The notes: generated by a model from the letters alone, not told the origin. A DNA stretch of 64,000 nucleotides from Parcubacteria group bacterium LiPW_15 (GCA_007375645.1 VMER01000001.1:273211-337210); one strand, 5' to 3'; shown: positions 18,643 through 27,713, numbered from the stretch's first letter. Program-made: numbers and translations.

Positions 18643-18843
18643 CGTGAGAACAGTATAGCTTAAATATGACTTAAGTCAACCCTATTTCGCCCGTATTTTC
18701 TTAAACACTCCAGGGAGGATGACCGTCCGAAAAGGGGCCGCCGCAAGCATAAAAAGCTTGGTTTTTCTATTGAAAAATTTTTATGCCGAGGCCGCAGACA
18801 CGCCCGTTCGCCGGAAGCGGGCGATGGCGTCCCTTTAGGGCGG

Positions 18844-19074
18844 TTATCCGACCACCTCCGCGCTATAGCCGAGTTTCTTTATTATCTCCACTATTTTCTC
18901 GGGCGAAACCAGTTTTTCGTCAAAAGTCACTTCGGCCTCTGATTTCGCAAAGCTTGCCTTCACTTTTTTTACTCCCGGAGTGTCTTCCAACTCCCCCTCT
19001 ATATTCATAATGCAGCTCGTACAATGAAGCCCCTGGAGATTTAATTTAATTGTTTTGATATTTTCTTCTGTCAT
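18844..19074 (-). CDS. copZ: Heavy-metal (copper) chaperone, HMA domain
   Basis: GLHCTSC motif; 76 aa; last gene of the copper operon. Confidence 0.88.
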   Translation of the reverse strand: MTEENIKTIKLNLQGLHCTSCIMNIEGELEDTPGVKKVKASFAKSEAEVTFDEKLVSPEKIVEIIKKLGYSAEVVG

Positions 19075-19131
19075 ATTTTTTGGTTTTTCTATCCACCATT
19101 CTCTATCTACTATCTACCGGCAATTATTGTC

Positions 19132-20196
19132 TTACTGGACAATAATTGTGCCTCTATACATCCCCATCGAACACATAAAAGGAATTGTGGTCGGTTTGTC
19201 GGGCGCGGTAAATTCCAAAGTTTGCGAAGTCCCTGGCGGCACGGAAGCGCGGAGATTCAAGCTCGGAATAACAAAGCTCTGCGCACAGCTATAGCCATCG
19301 TCATTTTTTAAAGTTATTTTAACTTTCTCCCCCGCTCCGACGTAAAGCGTCTTCGGACTATAACCATAAGAATTAATAGCAATGGTGGGATTATTGTTGG
19401 TTTCGTTATTGAAACCAGACCCATTATTTGCAGGTCCGTAGTTATCACCCGGTACAGGTTCCACAAAATAATTCGGCTTATTTAAAGATTCCCAGACGCT
19501 CACAAAGTTCGGCACTCCCGCCAAGGCCAGCGCTCCATTCAAACTGAATAGCGCCAGAAAGATTATTGCCACCGCCGCGAACTTATAGAACTTTTTCTGC
19601 ATCGAGTCTCCCATCTTGGTCACGAAATATCCCAGGATGAAAAACAAGGGCGTGGTTCCCAAAATGAAGGCAAAGAGGATTGCCATTCCGGAAAATGCTT
19701 TACCGGAAGAGATCGCGAGAGCCATCATCGCCTGCGTCGTCCCGCACGGGATAAATATGGTAAGCGCTCCCAAGATTGCCGGAGCGAAGATGGATTTTGA
19801 CTTGGCCTGGCTCCTCAGCCTTCGGGTCAAGAACCTGGGCGGTTGGATAATAAAATAGCGGAAAATGGGATGCAGGTTTAACAAATTTCCCGCAGTGCCC
19901 AGCATGAAGATGATTACCGCAAATTGTAAAGCCACGCTTGCGCCAACCGACAACTCCAAGGCCGATCCCAAAAGTCCCAGAAGAAGTCCTAATATAGTGT
20001 AAGCAACGAGCTTCGCGCTCAAGAACCAGAGGATAGGCATGGCCCCGGGGCGTTTTTTCTCGCCGTGTCCATCCCCTTCCTGCTGTTCCTCTTCCTCCTG
20101 CGCCATCGCGGTGGCCAAAAGCCCGCCTTGTACGGCAAGGCAGGTCAATCCCCCGGTTAGAAGTCCTGTTCCAAAAATTACAAATAGGTTTGGCAT
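19132..20196 (-). CDS. DsbD_2/TauE-like membrane protein fused to a C-terminal cupredoxin domain
   Basis: GGLTCLAVQGG, FIPCG, multiple TMs; C-terminal YSP...SCA...FMCSMGMYRG. Confidence 0.8.
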   Translation of the reverse strand: MPNLFVIFGTGLLTGGLTCLAVQGGLLATAMAQEEEEQQEGDGHGEKKRPGAMPILWFLSAKLVAYTILGLLLGLLGSALELSVGASVALQFAVIIFMLGTAGNLLNLHPIFRYFIIQPPRFLTRRLRSQAKSKSIFAPAILGALTIFIPCGTTQAMMALAISSGKAFSGMAILFAFILGTTPLFFILGYFVTKMGDSMQKKFYKFAAVAIIFLALFSLNGALALAGVPNFVSVWESLNKPNYFVEPVPGDNYGPANNGSGFNNETNNNPTIAINSYGYSPKTLYVGAGEKVKITLKNDDGYSCAQSFVIPSLNLRASVPPGTSQTLEFTAPDKPTTIPFMCSMGMYRGTIIVQ

Positions 20197-20219
20197 TGGA
20201 TTAGCTTAATTGTTTTTTA

Positions 20220-21314
20220 TTATTTTAAATTAAATGAGGTTTTGGCTTGTTTGCTTCTAGAGTAAAACGGATGGCCGGTCTTTAATGCTTTCATCATTTT
20301 CTCGGTATCGGATGGCAGATCTATCAAAAATCTTTTTGTCACACCCAGCATGTATTTCTCGTGATCCCGATATGTTCTCGCCTTCCCGTAGGACGCTGAA
20401 AGACCCTTAAAACCGTAACCCTTTCCAAAAACTTTTTTGAATATCCAAATTGCCCGCTCCATATGATAATCGGACGTTATGAGCCAAATCTTTCCCTTGA
20501 CCTTCATTTTCTCGACTATCTGCTTTGAAAATACTGCGTTGCCGATCGTATCTTTGGATTTTTCTTCCAAGATAATATTTTTCTCCGATATTCCGTTCTT
20601 CAGCAGATAATTTCTCATTGCCCCGGCCTCGGTTATGGGCGGTTTCTTTTTTAGCGAACCGTTAAACCCTCCGCTCAAGATAACCTCAAAAGGAGAAAGT
20701 TTACCCGAAACTTTCAAAAATAGATCCAACCGTTCTTTGCCGCCTCTGATCGGTTTGCCGGCATGGCTGACCCCTCCTCCGAGAACTATTACGATATTCT
20801 TCGGACCGCTGTTTTTATTAACATCCACATAGTATCGCCTTATCATCCTGCCCTTGTTCATTAATTTGTCTTTGAGAACTCCACCGTTGGCCTCGATTAT
20901 TTTCCAAGAACCGACGTTGTCGTCATCGCAAGTGATAAGCGCCTTTTTAATACCCATCTTTTTTATCTTCTTTAAGGCCAGCGCCAGGATCTTTGTTCCG
21001 TATCCTCTTTTGCGCTTCGAAGGACGGATTCCGTAGCCGACATGCCCGCCCTCTTTTGTAAGCTTTGCGTTTAGCCTGTGCCGAATAGTGGTCTCCCCGA
21101 TAAACCGATTCCCATCCATCATCCAGTAGCTCGTGCACGGCACGTACCCTTTTTTGAGATATTTGTTGCTGTACATTTTAAGAAGATAGGTCTTAAAATC
21201 CCGCTCCATTTCTTGGATTCTCTTCTCTGTCGTCTCGCCTTTCCGCGTGGATTCCCGCTCGCTCGCGAGATATTCTTTCTTATATTTAATTGTCGGCTTG
21301 ATCAGGCGAAGCAT
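20220..21314 (-). CDS. GNAT acetyltransferase fused to a YdcF/DUF218 domain
   Basis: GGHVGYGIRPSKRKRGYGT...ITCDDDNVGSWKIIEANGG; then IVLGGG, ILSGG, TEAGAM, EEKSKDTIGNA, ITSDYHMERA. Confidence 0.8.
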   Translation of the reverse strand: MLRLIKPTIKYKKEYLASERESTRKGETTEKRIQEMERDFKTYLLKMYSNKYLKKGYVPCTSYWMMDGNRFIGETTIRHRLNAKLTKEGGHVGYGIRPSKRKRGYGTKILALALKKIKKMGIKKALITCDDDNVGSWKIIEANGGVLKDKLMNKGRMIRRYYVDVNKNSGPKNIVIVLGGGVSHAGKPIRGGKERLDLFLKVSGKLSPFEVILSGGFNGSLKKKPPITEAGAMRNYLLKNGISEKNIILEEKSKDTIGNAVFSKQIVEKMKVKGKIWLITSDYHMERAIWIFKKVFGKGYGFKGLSASYGKARTYRDHEKYMLGVTKRFLIDLPSDTEKMMKALKTGHPFYSRSKQAKTSFNLK

Positions 21315-21316
21315 AT

Positions 21317-23656
21317 TTATAGTTTTATTCTTTTTAGCCTTAGCGAATTGGCGACCACAGAGATAGAACTCATGGCCATCGCGGCGGAGGCGAATATGGG
21401 GCTTAAGAGTATCTCGAAAAATGGATACAAAGCGCCCATCGCCACGGGGATAAGGACTATATTATAACCGAACGCCCAGAAAAGATTGCCTCTAATTATT
21501 CCCATCGTCCGGCGGGAAAGCTTGATAACATTCGCGACCGAATCCAAATTCTTATTAACCAAGGTGATATTCGCCGCTTCAATTGCTACATCCGTACCCG
21601 TACCCATCGCGAGACCTACGTTCGCGGCCGCGAGAGCCGGAGCGTCGTTTATTCCGTCCCCTACCATCGCCACAATCTTTCCTTCTGCCTGAAGTTTTTT
21701 AATTATCGCTTCTTTTTCTGTGGGCAGCACTTCCGAAATTATCCGTTCTATCCCAAGCTCTTTGCCGATAGCTTCTGCCGTGCGTTTATTGTCTCCGGTA
21801 AGCATCACAGTCTCTACTCCCATTTGTCGGAGTTTTTCTATCGCCTCCTTCGCGCTCGCTTTCGGCCGGTCGGAAACCGCAACAAGTCCTATAAGAGATT
21901 TATTGAGCGCCAAATACATCACGGTTTTTCCTCCTCGTTCCAATTTATCCGCAATTTCGGTTGCCGAGATGGACTCCTTGTCCGCCGATGAAACGGAAAC
22001 CCCCAGTTCATCCATTAACTTTTTATTCCCGAAATATATATTCCTCCCTCCATGAGTCGCCTGAACGCCTTTCCCCGGAATAGCCCTGAATCCCTCAAGC
22101 CGCGAGAGAGCAAAACTTTTGGGTAACGTATTTTCAGCATGTTTCACTATCGCCTCGGCCAAGGAATGCTCTGAACCCTTCTCGATCGCGGCGGCCAATT
22201 CCAAAACCTGATTCTCAGTCATCCCAAACCCGACTATATCCGTGACCTCGGGCTTCCCTTCGGTAAGTGTGCCGGTCTTATCAAAAACGATTGCGTTTAC
22301 TTTGTGCGCGGTCTCCAGGCTCTCCGCGTCTTTAATTAAGATTCCATGTTCCGCACCAAGCCCCGTGCCCACCATGATTGCCGTAGGCGTCGCGAGTCCC
22401 ATAGCGCAAGGACAAGCGATGATAAGGACTGCCACGGCGTTTAAAATGGCGAGCAAGAGCCCCGCCTGCCCTGAGCTTGTCGAAGGGCCCAGGTCATACC
22501 ACAAAACGAACGTTAATATAGAGAGCATTATGACTATCGGCACGAAATACGAGGAAATTGTGTCGGCAATGCGCTGAATCGGCGCCTTGCTCCCCTGCGC
22601 TTCCTCTACCAGTTTAATAATTTGCGCGAGCATGGTATCCGCGCCAATCTTCTCCGCGCGAAAAAGAAAGCTGCCGGTTTTATTTACGGTCGCACCGATG
22701 ACTTTACTTCCCACGGATTTGTCCGAAGGAATGCTCTCGCCCGTGACCATAGATTCATCAATAGATGATTCCCCTTCTATAATTACGCCGTCCACAGGGA
22801 TCTTTTCGCCGGGACGCACGCGGATAATATCGCCGATCTTTACTTGTTCCACCGGTATGTCTGTTTCTTGTGGAACAACCCCATGGGAACCGAAAGGTTT
22901 CCCATCGGGGTAATACAAAACTCTCGCCGTCTTTGCCTGAAGCCCGATAAGCTTCTTTATAGCTTCCGAAGTTCCCGCTTTGGCCCGAGCCTCGAAATAA
23001 CGCCCAAGGAGTATGAGACCGATAACTAAGGTGGAAACATCGAAATACGGCATTGCTTCCACTCCGGCAGAAGTTATGATGCCTGGAAAAAATACCGCAA
23101 AAACGGAATACAAAAAGGCCACGCTTGTGCCGATGGCCACAAGTGAGTCCATATTTGCACTTCTGTGTCTTAGCGCCCTGCCCGTAGCCTTATAGAATCC
23201 CCAAGCCGCCCAAAACTGCACGGGAATGGCCAGCGCCAACTGCACATAAACATTTTTTAATATCTCCGGCGCGAAATTCACAAGCCCCGGAAAACTACCC
23301 CAAAGAATGAGTGCGCCGGCAACCAAGGCAACGCAGGTGCGGTTCAATAGATCTCTTTGCGCCTTTTGTTTTTCTTTTTTAATATCCCCTTCGTGCATGC
23401 TGGCGTCTTCGAGCATCGCCTCGTAGCCGACGTTCGAAACAGCCGACAAAATATCCGTGTCTTTGACCTTAAGGGCGTCATACGAAACCGTGGCTTTCTC
23501 GGTCGCCAAGTTTACGACAGCCGAGTTTACCCCGGGCACCTTTCTAAGCGACCGCTCGATAGTAGAGACGCACGAAGCGCAATGCATGCCTTTTATCGGA
23601 TATGTTTTCCGCGCCAGCGCCCCGTTAGAAGTTTTATCGGTCATCGGTTTATCCAT
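21317..23656 (-). CDS. copA: Copper-translocating P1B-type ATPase
   Basis: [42 protein letters not shown] and MAMSS motifs. Confidence 0.96.
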   Translation of the reverse strand: MDKPMTDKTSNGALARKTYPIKGMHCASCVSTIERSLRKVPGVNSAVVNLATEKATVSYDALKVKDTDILSAVSNVGYEAMLEDASMHEGDIKKEKQKAQRDLLNRTCVALVAGALILWGSFPGLVNFAPEILKNVYVQLALAIPVQFWAAWGFYKATGRALRHRSANMDSLVAIGTSVAFLYSVFAVFFPGIITSAGVEAMPYFDVSTLVIGLILLGRYFEARAKAGTSEAIKKLIGLQAKTARVLYYPDGKPFGSHGVVPQETDIPVEQVKIGDIIRVRPGEKIPVDGVIIEGESSIDESMVTGESIPSDKSVGSKVIGATVNKTGSFLFRAEKIGADTMLAQIIKLVEEAQGSKAPIQRIADTISSYFVPIVIMLSILTFVLWYDLGPSTSSGQAGLLLAILNAVAVLIIACPCAMGLATPTAIMVGTGLGAEHGILIKDAESLETAHKVNAIVFDKTGTLTEGKPEVTDIVGFGMTENQVLELAAAIEKGSEHSLAEAIVKHAENTLPKSFALSRLEGFRAIPGKGVQATHGGRNIYFGNKKLMDELGVSVSSADKESISATEIADKLERGGKTVMYLALNKSLIGLVAVSDRPKASAKEAIEKLRQMGVETVMLTGDNKRTAEAIGKELGIERIISEVLPTEKEAIIKKLQAEGKIVAMVGDGINDAPALAAANVGLAMGTGTDVAIEAANITLVNKNLDSVANVIKLSRRTMGIIRGNLFWAFGYNIVLIPVAMGALYPFFEILLSPIFASAAMAMSSISVVANSLRLKRIKL

Positions 23657-23735
23657 TTGTCTTATCTAATTGAAAAATAATTGATTAATATATTTGCCCC
23701 GCCCCTAAACTTCTAAGCGGGGTATCGGGACCAAC

Positions 23736-23858
23736 CTACATATTCATATGTTCCTCCGCGGTCATCTCCGGCATCGCATCCTTCTTTTTTCCGAAAAAGA
23801 ACCAGGCGACAAACGCCATAAGTATCACTCCTACGATTGTTACGATAATTTTATCCAT
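23736..23858 (-). CDS. Small single-TM protein with a Met/His/Glu-rich tail (40 aa; absent from the ORF track)
   Basis: MDKIIVTIVGVILMAFVAWFFFGKKEDAMPEMTAEEHMNM*, between csoR and copA. Confidence 0.7.
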   Translation of the reverse strand: MDKIIVTIVGVILMAFVAWFFFGKKKDAMPEMTAEEHMNM

Positions 23859-23892
23859 GTATTTCTACCTACTACATACTACTCACTACTCA

Positions 23893-24165
23893 CTACCTAC
23901 TGTTTTTAAGTATCTCCGCCAACTCTTTTACCGCTTTCTCCCCTTCTCCTCTTTTAATCATACCAGCCGCGCAAGTTTTTAAATGATTCTCCAAAAGCAC
24001 CTCGTCGGTCGCCCGGAGGGCCTTCTGCACCGCCTGGGACTGCAAAATAACGTCTATGCAGTAGGCGCCGGATTCCACCATATCTATAACCTTCTTCAGA
24101 TGCCCCAAAGAGATCTTATATCTGTGCTCAATCCTCTCTTTGCTGGTCGCGGGTTTAAATGTCAT
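23893..24165 (-). CDS. csoR: CsoR/RcnR-family metal-sensing repressor
   Basis: Likely start MTFKPAT (24165); R.K...GH...V..M....YCIDVILQ..AV..AL...LLENHLKTC. Confidence 0.9.
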   Translation of the reverse strand: MTFKPATSKERIEHRYKISLGHLKKVIDMVESGAYCIDVILQSQAVQKALRATDEVLLENHLKTCAAGMIKRGEGEKAVKELAEILKNSR

Positions 24166-24171
24166 AAAACC

Positions 24172-24200
24172 AGTATATCCCCCCATGGGGGATATGTAAA
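24172..24200 (-). promoter_or_regulatory. csoR promoter containing a CsoR-type operator
   Basis: TTTACA-17 bp-TATACT, 6 nt before the ATG; the quasi-palindrome ATATCCCCCCATGGGGGATAT fills the spacer. Confidence 0.8.
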
Positions 24201-24208
24201 GCGCCTGC

Positions 24209-24294
24209 TTTGTGCATATCTTTGATACGCAAACAAAGCCAGTGCCGAGTACTCGCGGCGTCCCGTTTTGTGCAAATCTTTGATTCGCAAACAA
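24209..24294. repeat. Pair of 28-bp direct repeats with an internal hairpin
   Basis: TTTGTGCATATCTTTGATACGCAAACAA (24209-24236) and TTTGTGCAAATCTTTGATTCGCAAACAA (24267-24294). Confidence 0.85.
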
Positions 24295-24484
24295 GAACGC
24301 AATCCCGAGTATTCCCTCGGGAGGCTGCAGAAACTATTGCTCGGGGACGGCAATCCCGCTCCAGCGGCAAAATTGCCTATATTCCAACCCGCGAATCCCC
24401 CGTCGGGGAACCTATCTTCGCGGATTTCCATAATCCCCTATGCAATTAGTTTCCTCCGCGAGGCAGAGACTATAAAACGCTCAA

Positions 24485-24919
24485 TTATTCTCTAATCGAA
24501 ATTAGGCGCCCTTGCTCCGGTTCAAGTTCAATACGAAAAAGATATTGGTAGCCATAACGTTTTTTCATGTCAATCAACTTTAGTTCATCTATTCTCCTAT
24601 TCTTTCGATTCCAGTGACCCTTCACCTCAATAGCCACCAAATTATTTTCTGGCGAATTTCTTTCCCCGCGATCTGGTGTCCGCCGGTGGATGATTATATC
24701 TGGGAATATACTATCCCCACCAGAATTCTTCTTTGTAACTTGACCGTCTCGGTTATATTCGATATCAACATTCCAAGTTTTAAAATATGGTTTTAGATAG
24801 TTGGTTAGATGTGCGGAAATGGATTCCTCTTCGGCCTCAACCCTTATCAAGCCAAAATCATCTTTGTATAAGTTTGATAATGCCTGCGTTATGCACATCG
24901 CTATCTCTGCCTCGGTCAT
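24485..24919 (-). CDS. Putative PD-(D/E)xK nuclease
   Basis: Likely start MTEAEI; E...VDIEYNR...IFPDIIIHRR...NNLVAIEVK. Confidence 0.7.
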   Translation of the reverse strand: MTEAEIAMCITQALSNLYKDDFGLIRVEAEEESISAHLTNYLKPYFKTWNVDIEYNRDGQVTKKNSGGDSIFPDIIIHRRTPDRGERNSPENNLVAIEVKGHWNRKNRRIDELKLIDMKKRYGYQYLFRIELEPEQGRLISIRE

Positions 24920-25002
24920 AGGATGAATACAAAATATTATTTTATTTAAAATTTCTGCGTAGCAGGTACAAATTCCGTCCAAAAACAAAGTTGAAATTAT
25001 AT

Positions 25003-26760
25003 TTATATCTCTCTATATTCCTGCCTAAGAAATGGGGCTTCCCTAGTAAACGTAGCCCTAACCTTCTTGCGATAATCAAAGTCAAAATCTTTTACCGACG
25101 AATCAAACTCGTCTTTGTTTATTGTTACGATGTATTGGAATTTAGGTTTCTTAAGTGAAGCAGCATTAAGATAATTTAAGGCTCTACTCATATCATCCTT
25201 GCCCACAGAAGCAAAAATGTTGTCGTGGATTAGGAAGCCAAGGTGTCTCTTGGAAGTATAAGTATTAAGCATCAGGAGAACGTCGTAAATAAAAGTCTTA
25301 ATGCGATTTATGCCAGAACTTCCATCTAGTTTTATCCTGTAATCAAAATTTATGAATTCTTTGCCTTTTTCATTAACTTCGATTTGGAAATGGTATGCCT
25401 TATTGCCAGCAATAAACTCGTGGATCTGTTCCAAGTCTTTTCTGAAAGATTCTATTTTTATCGATAGGCCAATGAGCTGCGCATCTAATGCCTCTATAGC
25501 AGCTTGTCTCTCGCGCATAATTCTTTTATGCTCCCCTTTCTTGGTAGTAAGCATATTATATGCAGAAGAAAGCTTATCCAGCTCGCTGTTTTTTTCTCGG
25601 AAAATGATAATTGCACTTTTCAGCTCTTCTATTCTTTCGGGAGCTGTTGTTTTCGAATATATCTTCGCGATCTTTTCATCGAGTTCGTCTATGCGTATTT
25701 CTAGCTCATTTATCTCTTTATTCAAATCCTGAAGCTTTTCCGTCATCAGACCATTCTGAAATGCCTGAACTTCAAGCTGGAAAGCTTGAACTTCTTCAAA
25801 TGACTTGTTGACCAAATCTCCCAAGCCCTTTTTAAACTGGTTGTATATAGCTTTTATTTCGGCAGAATTTACTTTTTCAACCCTGGGCAAACTTTTAATC
25901 TGTCTTACAACATATTCTCTCGCAACCTTTTCGGAAACCAGCCTTCTAATTTCTTCTTCGAGATTTTTTAATTCTTGTTGTGTCTGAAGCACCGCTTCTC
26001 CTGGTTGTAATTTTTTAATCGAAAAATCCAACTTTTCGACCCTATCCCTCAGCTCGTTGAGATACACTTCAATATCTTTGGGGTCGACATTCTCTTGGCG
26101 AATGTCATCGCGCAAAGCCTTCATCACCTCGGTTATACTATCCAACTTTTTGTCAAAGCTCTTTATCTTGTCCACCAAGGCTAGATCAAAATCAAAGAAA
26201 TATAGATGCGGTTTAATTGCGTCCCCAAAATATCCCTTAGCCGACTCCGTGTAGGGGTAAAGTATATTGTTATACGAAGTTCTTTCGTCTCTGATAGCCA
26301 AAGATAACAAGCTGCGCAAGGAGGGTCTCTCCTTTATGGCTGAGTCCCTAAAGATTAGATCTTCCACATACTCTTTCGCATCTTCAGCTTTCTCGAACTC
26401 TTTTTCTTCCTGCGCATCAAACACAAAGACGTTATTTTTCTCACTAGTGCTCCTTTTTATTGTGAGAGCCTTGAGGGACTTATCGGTTTCTATCTCTAGT
26501 TCCAAGCATAGGAAAATTTGGGGGGATAAAACAGCGGAAGGAATTCTATCCACCCTGCTATTTTTTAGATCTTTGAACAAGCAAAAGTTAATCATTTCAA
26601 TGAGCATGGATTTCCCAACGCCATTCATCTTTTTTGCCTCTATCTGGTTCTCGTTCTTCTCAGATTCCTCCCCGATAATGAAATTCAAACCAGTAGAAAA
26701 TTCTATTGGCTGAATGTCGTTAAAGGTGGGTTCGAAGTAGAACTTTTTCAGGGTTATCAT
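25003..26760 (-). CDS. lmuB: SMC-like ABC ATPase of a Lamassu/ABC-three-component system (DUF2326-like)
   Basis: Walker A NGVGKS, long coiled coil, signature GSSG..RIKTFIYD, Walker B FLIHDNIF, QYIVT; AT-rich. Confidence 0.8.
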   Translation of the reverse strand: MITLKKFYFEPTFNDIQPIEFSTGLNFIIGEESEKNENQIEAKKMNGVGKSMLIEMINFCLFKDLKNSRVDRIPSAVLSPQIFLCLELEIETDKSLKALTIKRSTSEKNNVFVFDAQEEKEFEKAEDAKEYVEDLIFRDSAIKERPSLRSLLSLAIRDERTSYNNILYPYTESAKGYFGDAIKPHLYFFDFDLALVDKIKSFDKKLDSITEVMKALRDDIRQENVDPKDIEVYLNELRDRVEKLDFSIKKLQPGEAVLQTQQELKNLEEEIRRLVSEKVAREYVVRQIKSLPRVEKVNSAEIKAIYNQFKKGLGDLVNKSFEEVQAFQLEVQAFQNGLMTEKLQDLNKEINELEIRIDELDEKIAKIYSKTTAPERIEELKSAIIIFREKNSELDKLSSAYNMLTTKKGEHKRIMRERQAAIEALDAQLIGLSIKIESFRKDLEQIHEFIAGNKAYHFQIEVNEKGKEFINFDYRIKLDGSSGINRIKTFIYDVLLMLNTYTSKRHLGFLIHDNIFASVGKDDMSRALNYLNAASLKKPKFQYIVTINKDEFDSSVKDFDFDYRKKVRATFTREAPFLRQEYREI

Positions 26761-27002
26761 TTTTTCTTTAAAATATGAGGGCTTTTAAACAGTATGAGGT
26801 CGTTCATGAATAAAAACGTAACAGCATAAAGCATGGTTCTAAAGTTAAGTCCTCCGAGCTGCTTCCTTATTGTGGAATACAAATCAAAAATCGTAATGCT
26901 ATGCTTTTTATTAAGTAATTTCAATATCAAAAAACCCGTATACACGCTAGACGAGCGCACATCTTGTTCGGAAGATATCAGCAGGTTATTCTCGAGTTTC
27001 AT
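26757..27002 (-). CDS. ABC-three-component middle component (LmuC-like)
   Basis: 81 aa, wHTH-like (G..IL..L....TIFDLY...YAVTFLF...LI); 4-nt overlaps with both neighbours. Confidence 0.65.
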   Translation of the reverse strand: MKLENNLLISSEQDVRSSSVYTGFLILKLLNKKHSITIFDLYSTIRKQLGGLNFRTMLYAVTFLFMNDLILFKSPHILKKK

Positions 27003-27535
27003 AGTTCAAGCGGGTTTGGGAAAATATTACACTTTACCAACTCATTAAAAAGATAAAATCGTACCGCCGCTTCGTCGTAATCTTCTTTTATCGGTAAGGC
27101 TTCAAAATGCTCAATCAGCTTCGCAGTTAGCTTGCTTAACGCAGTTATCGGGTTGTTCTCGGATTCTTTTAATACTTCTTCGCTTCTGCGTCTTAAGGTA
27201 ATAGCGATTTTATCGGCGGTAGTTTCCGAAATATCACTTTGTTTTAGCGCCTCTTGATAAAATGATCCATAGTGAGGGAGAAGATCGCTATATTCTTTTT
27301 TTAAGGCTTCTTTAAACTCTGAAAAATTATTTAACTTTTTGTCGATATCTTTTTCGCTCACTTCGCGGCTATCAGCAACCCCTTCCGACAGGACGGAGAG
27401 CACAGAGATGACTTTCATAATAGAGAGCATCTCCGTTGAGGCGTTCTGGGCAACCTTGCCTAAATAAACATTGCCGACAATATTCAACGCCCTATCTCCA
27501 CTACTTTTCTGAACATTTTTAATTTCCTCGCTCAT
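26999..27535 (-). CDS. ABC-three-component CTD protein (LmuA-like) with a short N-terminal motif instead of an enzymatic effector
   Basis: IDKKLNNF...Y...Y...FYLFNELVKCNIFPNP resembles ABC-3C CTDs; first position in the A-C-B gene order. Confidence 0.65.
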   Translation of the reverse strand: MSEEIKNVQKSSGDRALNIVGNVYLGKVAQNASTEMLSIMKVISVLSVLSEGVADSREVSEKDIDKKLNNFSEFKEALKKEYSDLLPHYGSFYQEALKQSDISETTADKIAITLRRRSEEVLKESENNPITALSKLTAKLIEHFEALPIKEDYDEAAVRFYLFNELVKCNIFPNPLEL

Positions 27536-27713
27536 GGGAGTCGCTTTTTACAGAGTTTTCAGAAATTACATTTAAAGCGCTGTCTCCCTTAGACTGTTGT
27601 TTATTGACCTGCTTATTCTTCTGGCTCCTGACTGTGATGTGAGCGGTAATGCCCCCGCTAATTGCTCCGACAATCACGCTGATAATTAGATTCCAAATAT
27701 CCAAATTTTGCAT
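27519..27713 (-). CDS. 64-aa single-TM protein carrying a motif shared with the LmuA-like protein
   Basis: TM IWNLIISVIVGAISGGITAHI (GxxxG) then NKQQSKGDSALNVI; overlaps the next gene by 17 nt. Confidence 0.7.
   Translation of the reverse strand: MQNLDIWNLIISVIVGAISGGITAHITVRSQKNKQVNKQQSKGDSALNVISENSVKSDSHERGN

Noticed and set aside
18710-18835. Possible structured RNA downstream of copZ
   Set aside because: Hairpins are present (GCATAAAAA..TTTTTATGC; CGCCCG..CGGGCG), but I found no second copy or recognisable family; it may be only a terminator region.
24209-24294. Possible mini-CRISPR array (28-bp repeats, 30-nt spacer)
   Set aside because: Only two repeats, similarity continues beyond them (CCGAGTA), and no cas genes are in the window. 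Kept as a structured repeat.
24162-24495. Several short overlapping ORFs and the long csoR N-terminus
   Set aside because: They are translations of the repeat/hairpin tract; the promoter and operator place the csoR start at 24165.
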